A DNA stretch of 64,000 nt from a virus, in the IMG/VR virus record IMGVR_UViG_3300037245_003526, positions 88,297 through 152,296 of that record; one strand, written 5' to 3'. Of this stretch, positions 29,504 to 40,323 are shown piece after piece. The translations under genes and the position numbers were made by a program. The notes under the pieces are model-generated. The model was not told the origin of the DNA. It saw nothing but the letters and a program-made list of their open reading frames with translations, and made no database searches. The number at the start of each line of letters is the position of its first letter. Positions within the stretch are counted from its first letter, which is position 1.

Positions 29504-30367
29504 ATGGGTTGGGAAATTCTACGTTTTGCACCCCATGTTCTATGGAATAAAATTAATAAATATGGTGGTAATGTAAAATTAATAGTACAAACAAGACCTG
29601 ATAGGTTTGATCTATATGGACAACAAGCAGATATTTTAATACCTCTTAATATAAAGGGAGATTATTCAACTTTTAATTCTGATTGTTTTAGACTTACAGG
29701 ATTTCCAGAAAAAAAATATATGGGATTAATTGATAGAGTAAAAAGAGAATATGAAAGTAAATATAAAATAGTTGAAAATATTTATCCAATAGTAAAAGGA
29801 AGAAAATTTACTGAGAAAAATCAGTTTAGAAAAGATCAAATGCTTTTTGATTTTCTACCCAGGCATGAAAATCGAAAACTTATTTATGATACAATACCAA
29901 ATGATAAACCTTTAATAGTAATGGCGCCAAGATTTAGAAAATTTGGAAGAAAGAGAAATTGGCCACATTGGCAGAAATTTTATGATGAAATAGAACAAAA
30001 ATTAAATGATAAATATTATTTTATAATATGTGGAAAAAAACCAGAATACGTTCCTGATAAAAAAGATAGATTTTTTGATATCAATAAAATGATAGATCCA
30101 GAAATAACAGATTTATCTCTTATAGGTCTTACTATTGAAGCTTTAAAAAGATCTATTGTTTGTGTTGGAAGTCAAAGTGGAATACCAAATCTTTCAAATT
30201 TAGTTTGTATTCCAACAATTCAATGGGGTAATCAAAATAAAGCTCATTCTAAAACATATAATGTAAAAAATACAAAAACAATTTTTATTGATGATCCAGA
30301 ATTCAAAATAGAATCAAAGAAAATATTAACCGAACTAACAAACTTTTTAAATAAAAGGGGAAAATAA
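29504..30367 (+). CDS. glycosyltransferase family 9-like. The start is uncertain; see findings.
   Basis: GEMGWEILRFAPHVLWNKINKYGG parallels the motif of the 27330 gene. The paralogous motif extends in-frame upstream of the ATG. Confidence 0.4.
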   Translation: MGWEILRFAPHVLWNKINKYGGNVKLIVQTRPDRFDLYGQQADILIPLNIKGDYSTFNSDCFRLTGFPEKKYMGLIDRVKREYESKYKIVENIYPIVKGRKFTEKNQFRKDQMLFDFLPRHENRKLIYDTIPNDKPLIVMAPRFRKFGRKRNWPHWQKFYDEIEQKLNDKYYFIICGKKPEYVPDKKDRFFDINKMIDPEITDLSLIGLTIEALKRSIVCVGSQSGIPNLSNLVCIPTIQWGNQNKAHSKTYNVKNTKTIFIDDPEFKIESKKILTELTNFLNKRGK

Positions 30368-30368
30368 A

Positions 30369-30626
30369 ATGACTGAAAACGGATGGATTCAATCGTATAG
30401 ACTAAGACTTGAAAATCTAAATCGAACTCTTCAAGAATGTGTAATGAAACATACTTCTGATGGCTTTCTTGACCTTAATGAAACAATATTCCTTCTAAGA
30501 GGTTCTATACAAGAAATAGAAAAATTACATAAACAAAATGAAGTTCTTAAAAATGAAAACATAGATTTAAAAAATACCATAACTAAAGAAATGGAACAAT
30601 TAGTGGAAGCAGTTAGCGGAAGCTAA
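30369..30626 (+). CDS. coiled-coil hypothetical protein
   Basis: 85 aa. Confidence 0.35.
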   Translation: MTENGWIQSYRLRLENLNRTLQECVMKHTSDGFLDLNETIFLLRGSIQEIEKLHKQNEVLKNENIDLKNTITKEMEQLVEAVSGS

Positions 30627-30638
30627 AGGTGGTTAATT

Positions 30639-31637
30639 ATGTCTAATGAAGATGTCTTAAGAGGAATTGTTGATGGCGCTGATGCAGAAGCAGAAGCGGC
30701 ACAAGACGCTATAGATGCACTACAAGATCAAATTGATATACTTCAAGAAAAACAGGATGCTCTAAAATATGTTTTAGATAATACTAAATCTGACTTAGAA
30801 GAAGAAATTGATGCTACTTCTGTAATAAGTGTTTTTCATACTTATGATGATTACTATACAGGTACTCTAAGTAGTATTAATGATAATATTGTTGAATGGC
30901 AACTTTTTAAAAAAATATCAACTGAAGTAACACGTCATGATGATGATGAATTTATAATACAAGGTGATTATAATATAGCTGAATTTACTGGTAGTGGTCT
31001 TAGTACCATGACATATAACCCAGCTGGTGTTACTGCTAGTAGAATAGTTCATTACCGAGTTGAAATTGATGCAACCGATTCTTTTAAATGGTCAGAAAGA
31101 GGTGGTTTAAATTGGGAAGAAACGGGTGTTACTATTACAGGCGGTGCTCAAACTTTAAGTGATGGAGCTACTGTGACATTTGGATCTACTACTGGATATA
31201 CAATTGGAGATTATTGGGATTTCTGGTGGGTTCCTATTGGTTCAAGTGTTTATTTTGATACTACAGACTCAACAGCATTTATAGAAAGTACTGTTATTTC
31301 AGTAACTTTTGATACTACTAGTCAATCATATGTTGAAATAAATATGCCTGGTACTGATAAAATTCCAACACCTTTAACAGGTTTACTAGAATATATTTCA
31401 GAACCAAATGGAACAGGTTGGGATTATGATTCAACAACAAATACCCTTATTGATTTTATAGATGAGTTTGAATTTGCTAATCAATATATTCATACTCCAT
31501 TAGGAATAGATGGAACATATGGAACTAAAGATTTGATAGCAAGTTTAGGAACCGGTAAAATTATTCAACAAAATAATAAAAGTAATGCTATAGAATCAGA
31601 AACAAAATTAGTTACTTATGCATCACCACCATCGTAG
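30639..31637 (+). CDS. hypothetical protein (N-terminal coiled coil, beta-rich C-terminus; possible structural protein)
   Basis: 332 aa. Ala/Asp/Gln-rich heptads, then Thr/Gly/Ser-rich segments. Confidence 0.4.
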   Translation: MSNEDVLRGIVDGADAEAEAAQDAIDALQDQIDILQEKQDALKYVLDNTKSDLEEEIDATSVISVFHTYDDYYTGTLSSINDNIVEWQLFKKISTEVTRHDDDEFIIQGDYNIAEFTGSGLSTMTYNPAGVTASRIVHYRVEIDATDSFKWSERGGLNWEETGVTITGGAQTLSDGATVTFGSTTGYTIGDYWDFWWVPIGSSVYFDTTDSTAFIESTVISVTFDTTSQSYVEINMPGTDKIPTPLTGLLEYISEPNGTGWDYDSTTNTLIDFIDEFEFANQYIHTPLGIDGTYGTKDLIASLGTGKIIQQNNKSNAIESETKLVTYASPPS

Positions 31638-31646
31638 GAGGATAAT

Positions 31647-31994
31647 ATGCCAGGAATGGTTAGGTTAGGAGATAATTGGACTGGAACATGTGCTTTAGGT
31701 CATCCACCAGGACCTTATGGTCCATCATTACCTGGAGTTCCTGTACCTGTTACGGGAACAGTAATTGGTACAGCATCAACTTGTTTGGCAGATGGAATAA
31801 TGAAAGCTAAAGTTGGAATAGATATAGTTTTATCAAAATGTGGACATGTCGCTGTAATTGTAACCGGTGCGTTAAAATCACAAAGTGAAGGAGCTTTTCA
31901 AGCAGTAGTTGGTTCAATAGCTACTGCTGGAGTAGCACCTATAATTATAACGGGGGTGATAATTGATGGGTCAACAAAATGTCAAGCGAATTAA
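31647..31994 (+). CDS. PAAR-like spike-tip protein
   Basis: About 115 aa, Gly/Val/Ala-rich, with Cys and His in the pattern MVRLGD ... C ... H ... G.VI.TAS ... C.H. This is typical of PAAR repeats. Confidence 0.45.
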   Translation: MPGMVRLGDNWTGTCALGHPPGPYGPSLPGVPVPVTGTVIGTASTCLADGIMKAKVGIDIVLSKCGHVAVIVTGALKSQSEGAFQAVVGSIATAGVAPIIITGVIIDGSTKCQAN

Positions 31995-32150
31995 AAAAAG
32001 AAAGAGGCTAAAGGGTCTTGATATCAAAACTTTAGATCTAAGAGCCATGGAAATTAGTATGGAAAAGTTTTTAGGTATTAGAAGACCTATAAAACAAAAA
32101 AGAATTTTTCGTAAAGAGAGTGCTTATATCTCAAGATAGAAAGGATAACT

Positions 32151-33146
32151 ATGAGAATAATTTTTAATTTAATGAACTGTGGACTTGGGTCAAATGGGGG
32201 TTCACAAACAATAATCCTTTCAGCTAATACACTTAGTCAACTTGGTCATGAAGTATATATAATTGATTCAGGAAGACATAAATATAAGTGGGATGAAATT
32301 GAAGTTCCACATATAATTGTTAGAAAAAATAGAAATGTTCCTGATGCTGATGTTATTATTGCTACTGGATATAAAACAATAAGAGCTACTGTTAATTTAC
32401 CACCAAGATGTGGAAAAAAATTTACATGGTTAAGAGCTTGGGAAACATGGATGATGCCTGAAAAACAAATTATTGAAAAAGTTTTAAAAGCTCCTATAAC
32501 TCATCTAGTTAATTCAATATGCCTACAAAATAAATTAAAATCCTATGGATTTGAATCAGATATAGTAAGACCTGGAAATAGTTTTGAATTATTTAATCCT
32601 CCAAAACAGAATAGAGAGTCATATGATATTGTTATTGGTGGTCTATATCATACAAAACAGAATCATAGAAAGAGAAGTAATTGGATTATCGAAGTAGTTA
32701 AAGAATTACGTAAAGATAATAAAGCTGTAAAATTACAATTAATGGGAGCAGAAAATTTTCCTGGTGTAGCTAATGTCCCTCAAAGATATTCAAAATCTCC
32801 TAATAAAAAAGACAAAGAAATATTATTTCAAAAATGCAATATATGGTTAGCACCAACAGAAAGTGAGGGTCTACATATAGTACCTCAAGAAGCAATGTTA
32901 ACTGAATGTCCTGTTATAGGTACATCTGCTCCATTAAGTGGAATGCAAGATTATTTGATTCATAAAGAAACAGGATTAATGTCAGGTAATAATTTAAAAT
33001 CTTTTATTAATCAAGTTAAAATATTATCCAAAGATAAAAAGTTACGAAAAAAATTAGGAAAAGCTGGACGAAAGAAGATAATTAAATTAGGTAATAGAAA
33101 AGATAATATGATAAAACTAATTGAGTTATTGGAGGCTAAAATATGA
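32151..33146 (+). CDS. glycosyltransferase family 1 (GT4-like, GT-B fold)
   Basis: C-terminal ESEGLHIVPQEAMLTECPVIGT ... GL (E-x7-E-like motif). Confidence 0.5.
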   Translation: MRIIFNLMNCGLGSNGGSQTIILSANTLSQLGHEVYIIDSGRHKYKWDEIEVPHIIVRKNRNVPDADVIIATGYKTIRATVNLPPRCGKKFTWLRAWETWMMPEKQIIEKVLKAPITHLVNSICLQNKLKSYGFESDIVRPGNSFELFNPPKQNRESYDIVIGGLYHTKQNHRKRSNWIIEVVKELRKDNKAVKLQLMGAENFPGVANVPQRYSKSPNKKDKEILFQKCNIWLAPTESEGLHIVPQEAMLTECPVIGTSAPLSGMQDYLIHKETGLMSGNNLKSFINQVKILSKDKKLRKKLGKAGRKKIIKLGNRKDNMIKLIELLEAKI

Positions 33147-33724
33147 CATTTTATTTTGCTGAAACAATAGTATGTCCTGATGATCCTACAGCAACACCAA
33201 AACGAATACAAGAATATAGAGAATATTATAAAGTTAAATATGATATATGTAAAAAACAAAACCCAAAAGTTATTGCTGAAATAGGAGTGCGAGCAGGATA
33301 CTCAGCATGGTCTTTCCTTCAAGCTTGCCCTGATGCTGGTTATATAGGATTCGATGCTAATAATGGAACTCATGGAGGACAAGGTGGACAGAATGGAAAA
33401 TACTTTGAATGGGCAAAAAATATATTGAGAATATATAATCATAGATTAATAGAACTAGATACCCAAACAGTTGATTCATTAAATATACGAGAGGTTGATT
33501 TATTTCATGTTGATGGAGATCATACTTCAAAAGGTGTTCAACATGATTTAGATTTAGCATATAAAGTAATAAGTGATACGGGTTTAATACTTATAGATGA
33601 TATTACATATATAAAAACTGTTAGTGATGGTGTTAATAAATGGGTTGAAAAGATGGGAAATAAAATAACTTATGAATTTGTTAAATCATTACGAGGAGAA
33701 ATGCTTATTAGGAGGGATATATGA
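33143..33724 (+). CDS. SAM-dependent O-methyltransferase (TylF/CmcI-like)
   Basis: IAEIGVRAGYSAW ... VDGDH ... ILIDD. Confidence 0.45.
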   Translation: MTFYFAETIVCPDDPTATPKRIQEYREYYKVKYDICKKQNPKVIAEIGVRAGYSAWSFLQACPDAGYIGFDANNGTHGGQGGQNGKYFEWAKNILRIYNHRLIELDTQTVDSLNIREVDLFHVDGDHTSKGVQHDLDLAYKVISDTGLILIDDITYIKTVSDGVNKWVEKMGNKITYEFVKSLRGEMLIRRDI

Positions 33725-34326
33725 AAATTTTAGTTATAGGATTTCAAAGAAGTGGAACAACTTTATTACGAAGGTTAATAAATTTACATCCTGATGTACA
33801 AAGAATGATTCATGAAAAGAAAATTTTAAGATCAAAACAAATAGACAAAATAAAAAATGATAAACCTTTTACTTTTAGATCATGTACTATAGATACTAAG
33901 AAACACTGGGGTGAAAAAGTAGCATACTTTAGTAAAAATGGTTCAGATGTTTTAAGATATGTCAGATTATGGTTAAATACATTTAATAATAATTTTAGAA
34001 TAATACATATAATAAGAAATACAGAAGATGTTATAGACTCTAATTTCAGGAAATTTGGATTTAAAGAAGGTAAAGTAAGAAATCAACATACAACTTCTAT
34101 CAAAAATGTTAGTAAAAAATTACAAGAAAATTCTAGATATATGGAGATTACTTTTGAGGATTTAGTATTACATCCAGAAGAAATTTTAACTAATATATTT
34201 AAATTTTGTAAATTAAATCATTCTAAAGAAGTAGTACAAAAAATAAGTACTACTAAAAAAGGATTACGATATTTTGATAGTATTAACCCAGACAGAGCAT
34301 ATGCATATAAGAAAGGTAAAAAATGA
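33721..34326 (+). CDS. sulfotransferase
   Basis: 5'-PSB-like motif GFQRSGTTLL close to the N-terminus. About 200 aa. Confidence 0.45.
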   Translation: MKILVIGFQRSGTTLLRRLINLHPDVQRMIHEKKILRSKQIDKIKNDKPFTFRSCTIDTKKHWGEKVAYFSKNGSDVLRYVRLWLNTFNNNFRIIHIIRNTEDVIDSNFRKFGFKEGKVRNQHTTSIKNVSKKLQENSRYMEITFEDLVLHPEEILTNIFKFCKLNHSKEVVQKISTTKKGLRYFDSINPDRAYAYKKGKK

Positions 34327-35024
34327 TTATTACAATATCAACACACGATGAATTTTATTTAAATCAACTAATAGCTTTTTTAACATCTATAGACTGTAAT
34401 TCACCAGAGCATGTCGTAAATGTATTTCTTGCTAACTATCCAGACTCTATGAAAAATAAATTAACTAAAGCTTTCAAGAGACATAATTTTGAAAGTAGAA
34501 AAGTTAAATTAATTGACAAGAGAGGTATTTCTTTTATTCTATTCAGAATAGAATTAGTAAAAGAATGTTTTGAAAAACATCAAGAAAATGCTGTATGGAT
34601 TGATACTGATGTATTGGTTCGAAGTGATCTGACCCAATTTCTTGAAATAAAACCAAAACAATTAAAAATATTATTCAGAGGAAATCATGTAATAGAAGAA
34701 GGTAGATTCAATGCAGGTATTTTTAATATGGGTTATTCTGATGAAACTCATAAGCTTACAAATGATTGGTATACTCAACTACAAAAAAATGCTATATGGG
34801 GTATGGGTCAATTAGAATTATGGAAAGCATATAAGAAAAATCCAAATGTAGAATTAATCGAAATGCCTGAATCATATAATGATCTTGGAGATTCAACCAA
34901 TAATGATTCTTTTGCTAAAGATTCATTAATGTGGCACTGTAAAAGGAATCATTTTAATAATAAAAAATTTCAAAAAGAGTTTCAATACTATTTAAAAATG
35001 GGAAAAAAGAATACAGGATTATAG
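34323..35024 (+). CDS. hypothetical protein (possible nucleotide-sugar transferase)
   Basis: WIDTDVLV DxD-like motif. Confidence 0.3.
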   Translation: MIITISTHDEFYLNQLIAFLTSIDCNSPEHVVNVFLANYPDSMKNKLTKAFKRHNFESRKVKLIDKRGISFILFRIELVKECFEKHQENAVWIDTDVLVRSDLTQFLEIKPKQLKILFRGNHVIEEGRFNAGIFNMGYSDETHKLTNDWYTQLQKNAIWGMGQLELWKAYKKNPNVELIEMPESYNDLGDSTNNDSFAKDSLMWHCKRNHFNNKKFQKEFQYYLKMGKKNTGL

Positions 35025-35033
35025 GGAGATATA

Positions 35034-35810
35034 ATGAGAAGTGCAATTTGTTTATATGGAATTGTAGGAGGTATTGATGGTAAAGGAGGTTTAGGAAGTA
35101 ATATTCCTTTTAAAGAATGTTATGAAACATATAAGAAACATATCATTGATATTAATAATACTGATGTATTTATACATTCGTGGTCAGTAGATGCAGAGAA
35201 ACCTTTAGTTGAATTATATAAACCTAAAAAACATAAATTTCAAAAACAGATAAAGTTTGTATATGAACCATTTATTAGAAAAAAATATACAGATAAAAAT
35301 AGAGATCATGGATATAGAGCACTTAGTAAATGGTTTAGTGTTAAGGAATCCATAAAGCTAAAAAAAGAGTACGAAATAGAACACAACTTTAAATATGATT
35401 GGATTATGCTTACTAGATTTGATACTTTATTTTTTACTGATTTAGACTTTTCTAAATGTGATCCACAGTCACTTTATGTCCCTAATTTTAATACACCCAA
35501 CGGTTGGGGTGAAGATACATCTGTTAAACCAGACAAAATTAATAGGTCTGAGAATATTCATAGTTTATCAGATATGTGGTATTTTGGAAATTCAAATATT
35601 ATAAATAACTTCTTAAAAATATATAATGGTGTTAAAAATAATAAATATAGAGTTTCACAACATAAAGCAGCATGGGATTGTTTTCTAGATCTTGGTTATA
35701 AAAGAAAAATAATTAAATATATTCTTTATAGACATTATGATTTTGAATTATATAGATGGCGTTTAGGAAATTTATACTCAAAAGGTGATAAGGATGCAAG
35801 TAAGAAATAA
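35034..35810 (+). CDS. hypothetical protein
   Basis: 258 aa. Confidence 0.35.
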   Translation: MRSAICLYGIVGGIDGKGGLGSNIPFKECYETYKKHIIDINNTDVFIHSWSVDAEKPLVELYKPKKHKFQKQIKFVYEPFIRKKYTDKNRDHGYRALSKWFSVKESIKLKKEYEIEHNFKYDWIMLTRFDTLFFTDLDFSKCDPQSLYVPNFNTPNGWGEDTSVKPDKINRSENIHSLSDMWYFGNSNIINNFLKIYNGVKNNKYRVSQHKAAWDCFLDLGYKRKIIKYILYRHYDFELYRWRLGNLYSKGDKDASKK

Positions 35811-36909
35811 TTGTATTATATGTAACTCCGAATTAGAGGTTCTTTATACATTTAAATCCTTTCCTGTATTTATGGGAATATCAGATAAAAAAGAACCCAG
35901 TGATGATATTTATTCTGATATGATCTGGGTGATATGTAAATCTTGTGGTTGTGTTCAATTAAAAAATTTAATTGATTTATCAATTCTATATCATAGAGGA
36001 CATAACAGTGCTTATGGTAAAACATGGAAGAAACATCATAGTGATTTTTCTGAATTTGTAAAAAAATATTGTGGAAAAAGTGTATTAGAAATAGGTGGTG
36101 GTAACTTAAAATTAGCAGAGCTTGTAACTAATGATGATTTAAAATTTACAGTATATGATACCAATTGTGGAAAATCTGATAATCAAAATATAATAACAAA
36201 AAAAGAATTTTTTGACTATAATAATTATGATGTAGACTATGACATAGATACAATTATACATTCACATGTATTAGAGCATCTATACGATCCAAAAGAATAT
36301 ATGAAGATATTTTCAGGTATGTTAAAAGAAGGACAAAGATTAATTATGTCTGTTCCTCTTTTAGATGAAATGGTAAAAAATAAGTTTACTAATAGTATTA
36401 ATTTTGAACATACATATATGATTAGTAAACAATTATTATATTTTTTAATAAATAAAACTGGTTTTAAAGTTTTAGATGTTAAAAAATTTAACTCATATAA
36501 TATATTTATAGCATGTGAAAAAGTAAATGATACCCATGAAATAAATCTAAAAAATGAATATGAAAGAAATTTAAATATTTTCAATGAGTTTATTGGATTT
36601 CATGAATCGTTTGTTGAAAAGATTAATGATATGGATGGTTCTGATTTCTATATATTTGGAGGACATATTTTTACTCAATATTTATTCGAATTTGGATTAG
36701 ATCATAAAAAATTTATTTGCGTTTTAGATAATGATCCAAATAAGATTGGTAGGAGATTATATGGTACAAATCTTACAGTTCATTCTCCTAAAATATTATC
36801 TGATGTAAAAAAACCCAAAGTTGTTTTAAGAGCAGCACAATTTTCTGAAGAGATAAAGAGCGATATTTTAATAAATATTAATAATAAAACTTATTTCATA
36901 GAAAGGTAA
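35794..36909 (+). CDS. sugar C-methyltransferase-like (N-terminal Zn-ribbon plus class I SAM MTase)
   Basis: CIICNSEL ... CKSCGCVQL, then VLEIGGGN and VLEHLYDP. Start moved to the ATG at 35794 with RBS AGGTGA. Confidence 0.45.
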   Translation: MQVRNNCIICNSELEVLYTFKSFPVFMGISDKKEPSDDIYSDMIWVICKSCGCVQLKNLIDLSILYHRGHNSAYGKTWKKHHSDFSEFVKKYCGKSVLEIGGGNLKLAELVTNDDLKFTVYDTNCGKSDNQNIITKKEFFDYNNYDVDYDIDTIIHSHVLEHLYDPKEYMKIFSGMLKEGQRLIMSVPLLDEMVKNKFTNSINFEHTYMISKQLLYFLINKTGFKVLDVKKFNSYNIFIACEKVNDTHEINLKNEYERNLNIFNEFIGFHESFVEKINDMDGSDFYIFGGHIFTQYLFEFGLDHKKFICVLDNDPNKIGRRLYGTNLTVHSPKILSDVKKPKVVLRAAQFSEEIKSDILININNKTYFIER

Positions 36910-36915
36910 AAAAAT

Positions 36916-37629
36916 ATGATAACAAGACCAAAAACTATTATTTGTGATATTGATGGAGTTATATTCAAACATAAAGGGGATATTACTAAATTATATAATG
37001 ATAAACCAAAAATTTTACCAGGAGTACTAGAGAAGTTAAAAAAATGGGATCTTGAAAATTGTAATATAATACTAATGACAGGTAGAAGAGAAAGTACAAG
37101 AAAAGAAACAGAAAAACAATTAAGTAATTCTGGTATATTTTATGATAAATTAATTATGGGTGTTGGTGGTGGGATTAGAGTTTTAATAAATGATAGAAAA
37201 CCAAATGGTGATTTCACAACAAAGACATACTGTCTTGAAAGAAATAAAGGATTGGGATCCATTGATAAGTCAGTTGATGAGGGAAAAGATAATTTTATTC
37301 CAAAACCTTGGGGAAGTGAAACGATAATTGAAACCAATAAGTCATATACTGTTAAGAAGTTATTTATGCGTACAGGTCATAAATGTAGCTTACAATATCA
37401 TAAGAAAAAACATGAGACAATCTATATTTTAGACGGGATTATGAACTTATGGGTTGGTATAGATGAGAACTCAATAGAGCATAAAATATTAAATATTGGT
37501 GATACATATGTTATTAAACCAGGGATAGTTCATAGAATGGAGTCTCTTGATGACTGTTATTATTTAGAGAGTTCAACATCTGAACTAGATGATGTAGTTA
37601 GATTACAAGATGAGTATGGGAGAACATAG
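36916..37629 (+). CDS. HAD-like phosphatase fused to a cupin domain
   Basis: ICDIDGVI motif I, then PKPWGSE ... HKCSLQYHKKKHETIYILDG (cupin). Confidence 0.45.
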   Translation: MITRPKTIICDIDGVIFKHKGDITKLYNDKPKILPGVLEKLKKWDLENCNIILMTGRRESTRKETEKQLSNSGIFYDKLIMGVGGGIRVLINDRKPNGDFTTKTYCLERNKGLGSIDKSVDEGKDNFIPKPWGSETIIETNKSYTVKKLFMRTGHKCSLQYHKKKHETIYILDGIMNLWVGIDENSIEHKILNIGDTYVIKPGIVHRMESLDDCYYLESSTSELDDVVRLQDEYGRT

Positions 37630-39197
37630 TGAAATATAAAGTCTTATTATTGACTAGCGGTGTTGGAAGTAGATTGGGTAACTGTACTAATTATACTAAT
37701 AAAGCTCTAATTAGAGTTGGTAATAAACCTACAATAAGTCATATCATTGATGCGTATCCTGACAATACTGAATTCGTAGTTACGTTGGGTTACTTTGGTA
37801 ATCAAATTAAAGAGTTTTTAGAAATGGTATATCCGAATAAAAAGTTTGATTTTGCCATTGTTGATAACTTCAATGGGAAGGGAAGTAGTCCATTATACTC
37901 TTTACTACAAGCAAAAGACTATATAGATTGTCCTTTCATTTTTCATGCGTGTGATACCATAATTAGGGATAACCAAATACCAGAACCAGTAATAAATTGG
38001 TTAGGTGGTTATAAAGGAGAAAGTAGTACACAGTATGCTACATTAGGTTTAATGGGTGATTATGTATCTTCTATTTATGCTAAAGGTCAAATTGATTTTG
38101 ATTCTCTATATATTGGTCTTGCTGGTATATTTAATTATGAAGAATATTTTAAATATGCCCAAGAAGTATATGACAAACACTGGGACAATACACAATTAAC
38201 TGACATTGATGTTACTCCAATGTTAATAAAAGATGGACTTAAATTCAAACATTTTAATTTCCCTACCTGGTTAGATATAGGAAATATAGATAAACTTAAA
38301 GAAGCAAGAACACATTTTGAATCTGTAGATGTTTTAGATAAAGATTCAGAATCAATATACATTATAAATGGCAAAGTAGTTAAGTTCTTTTATGACGAAG
38401 ATATGGTTTCTAAGAGAACTGAAAGAGCAGAGATTTTAAAAGATTTAACCCCAAGAATTTTAAACTCTGGTAATAATTTTTATATGTATGAATATGTAGA
38501 TGGTGAATTACTTTCACAAGCTTTAAATACAAATCTTACAATGAGGTTTCTTAATTGGAGTAATGATAATTTGTGGAAGAGTTCTGGTGATAAAAATGAC
38601 TCTTTTTATGAAGTATGTAGAAAGTTTTATATTGATAAAACTAATGAGAGGTTACATAACTTTTTCGTTAATCATACCATTAGTGATAGAGAAGAAGTTA
38701 TAAATGGAATTATAGTCCCAAAAGTTTTTGATATGTTAAAATCAATTCCTGAAAAATTATTATGTAATGTTGAACCATATAATTATCACGGGGATTTTAT
38801 ATCTGATAATATAATAGTAACAAAAGATAGTTTCGTTTTATTAGATTGGAGACAAGACTTTGGCGGAGATTTAATAAAAGGTGATATATACTACGATTTA
38901 GGAAAGTTCAATCATAATTTAATTTTTAATCATAAAATTATCAACAATGGTAATTATTATGTAGTAGAAAAAGAGACTGAAATAACAGTTGATTTATTAA
39001 TGAGTAATAATTTATATAATTGTCAAAAGGTCTTATTTAAATTTGTAGTAGAGAATGGATTTTCAATTAATAGGGTTAATTTAATGTCTTCTATAATATG
39101 GTTAAACATGGCACCTTTACATAATCATCCATTAGATATTTTCTTATATTATTTTGGAAAACTAAATTTATTTAGAGCTCTTGAAGGAGAGTTATAG
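37629..39197 (+). CDS. bifunctional sugar-phosphate nucleotidyltransferase / APH-ChoK-like kinase
   Basis: N-terminal LLTSGVGSRLG (NTP-transferase G-x-G-T-R-L) and C-terminal HGDFISDNIIV ... LLDW (phosphotransferase Brenner motif). Confidence 0.45.
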   Translation: MKYKVLLLTSGVGSRLGNCTNYTNKALIRVGNKPTISHIIDAYPDNTEFVVTLGYFGNQIKEFLEMVYPNKKFDFAIVDNFNGKGSSPLYSLLQAKDYIDCPFIFHACDTIIRDNQIPEPVINWLGGYKGESSTQYATLGLMGDYVSSIYAKGQIDFDSLYIGLAGIFNYEEYFKYAQEVYDKHWDNTQLTDIDVTPMLIKDGLKFKHFNFPTWLDIGNIDKLKEARTHFESVDVLDKDSESIYIINGKVVKFFYDEDMVSKRTERAEILKDLTPRILNSGNNFYMYEYVDGELLSQALNTNLTMRFLNWSNDNLWKSSGDKNDSFYEVCRKFYIDKTNERLHNFFVNHTISDREEVINGIIVPKVFDMLKSIPEKLLCNVEPYNYHGDFISDNIIVTKDSFVLLDWRQDFGGDLIKGDIYYDLGKFNHNLIFNHKIINNGNYYVVEKETEITVDLLMSNNLYNCQKVLFKFVVENGFSINRVNLMSSIIWLNMAPLHNHPLDIFLYYFGKLNLFRALEGEL

Positions 39198-39778
39198 TGG
39201 GAAAACAAACGTATATAGAATATGCAGCTAGACATTTAATACCAAAACATTTAGATCATGTATTAGAGTTCGGTGTATTCAAAGGTAAAACTATGAGGAT
39301 TATAAAAACCGAACTTAGTAAAAAGGATAAAAAATATGAAGTGTTTGGATTTGATTCTTTTATTGGATTTGATGAAGATTGGATAACTCCAGATGGAGAT
39401 GTTCTATTAAGTAAGGGTGCTCTTTCTACTGATGGTAAGGTACCAGATATACCTGGTGTTACTTGGTTTACTGGTTGGTTTAAAGATACCATACCTGAGT
39501 ATTTAAAAATAGCGAAACCTATAGCTTTACTACATCTTGATTGTGATTTATATAAACCAGCAAAAGAAATATTTTATAATATAAATAATTTTATTGTTAA
39601 TGGTACAGTAATTGCTGTTGATGATTGGTATTATGAAAGAAATATAGATTATAATGATACAACTCAAAAAGCATTTTATGAATGGATAAATAATTTTAAT
39701 AGAAGGTTTAAGTTTCTTAATTATCCTGGAGTAAAAGATCCAAGGTATGGACAAGTGGTAGTGGAGGTATTGATATGA
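39197..39778 (+). CDS. TylF/MycF-family O-methyltransferase
   Basis: LLHLDCDLYKPAKE ... VIAVDDW. Confidence 0.45.
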   Translation: MGKQTYIEYAARHLIPKHLDHVLEFGVFKGKTMRIIKTELSKKDKKYEVFGFDSFIGFDEDWITPDGDVLLSKGALSTDGKVPDIPGVTWFTGWFKDTIPEYLKIAKPIALLHLDCDLYKPAKEIFYNINNFIVNGTVIAVDDWYYERNIDYNDTTQKAFYEWINNFNRRFKFLNYPGVKDPRYGQVVVEVLI

Positions 39779-40323
39779 AGTTAATAGATGTTTATAAGGA
39801 AGCTTTAGCGACTATTACTAGTTATTGTGAAACACACAAAAATATATCTTTTTTGGATATTGGTGCTGATGAACCACAACCATTTATTTTGGAGTGCGTT
39901 AGTAGTTACGATATTGATTATAAAGTTATGGAATATGATAATAACATAAATGGAACTTATGTAATGAACGGAGACATATGTTATTGTTCACATATACCTG
40001 ACGAGAGTTATGATATAGTTTATTCACATAATGTGTTTGAGCATATAACTACACCGTGGTTGGCTGCAGAACAGTGTGTTAGGATAAATAAGATAGGGGG
40101 ACTAAACATACATATAGCACCTTTTGCATATGATTACCATAAATGTCCAGGTGATTATTTTAGATATACCCCGTCTGGTTTTAAATCAATGTTTGAGTTT
40201 TCCTGTAATATGAATGAGTTAATGTCAGGGTTTAATACTGGTAAAGTTGCTTGTAACGCCAATCAGAAAGTAGGTCGTTGGTTAGTTATGTATATTGGAA
40301 TGAAGAGGGACGTATCAAAATGA
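39775..40323 (+). CDS. SAM-dependent methyltransferase
   Basis: VYSHNVFEHITTPW ... INKIGG. Confidence 0.4.
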   Translation: MKLIDVYKEALATITSYCETHKNISFLDIGADEPQPFILECVSSYDIDYKVMEYDNNINGTYVMNGDICYCSHIPDESYDIVYSHNVFEHITTPWLAAEQCVRINKIGGLNIHIAPFAYDYHKCPGDYFRYTPSGFKSMFEFSCNMNELMSGFNTGKVACNANQKVGRWLVMYIGMKRDVSK

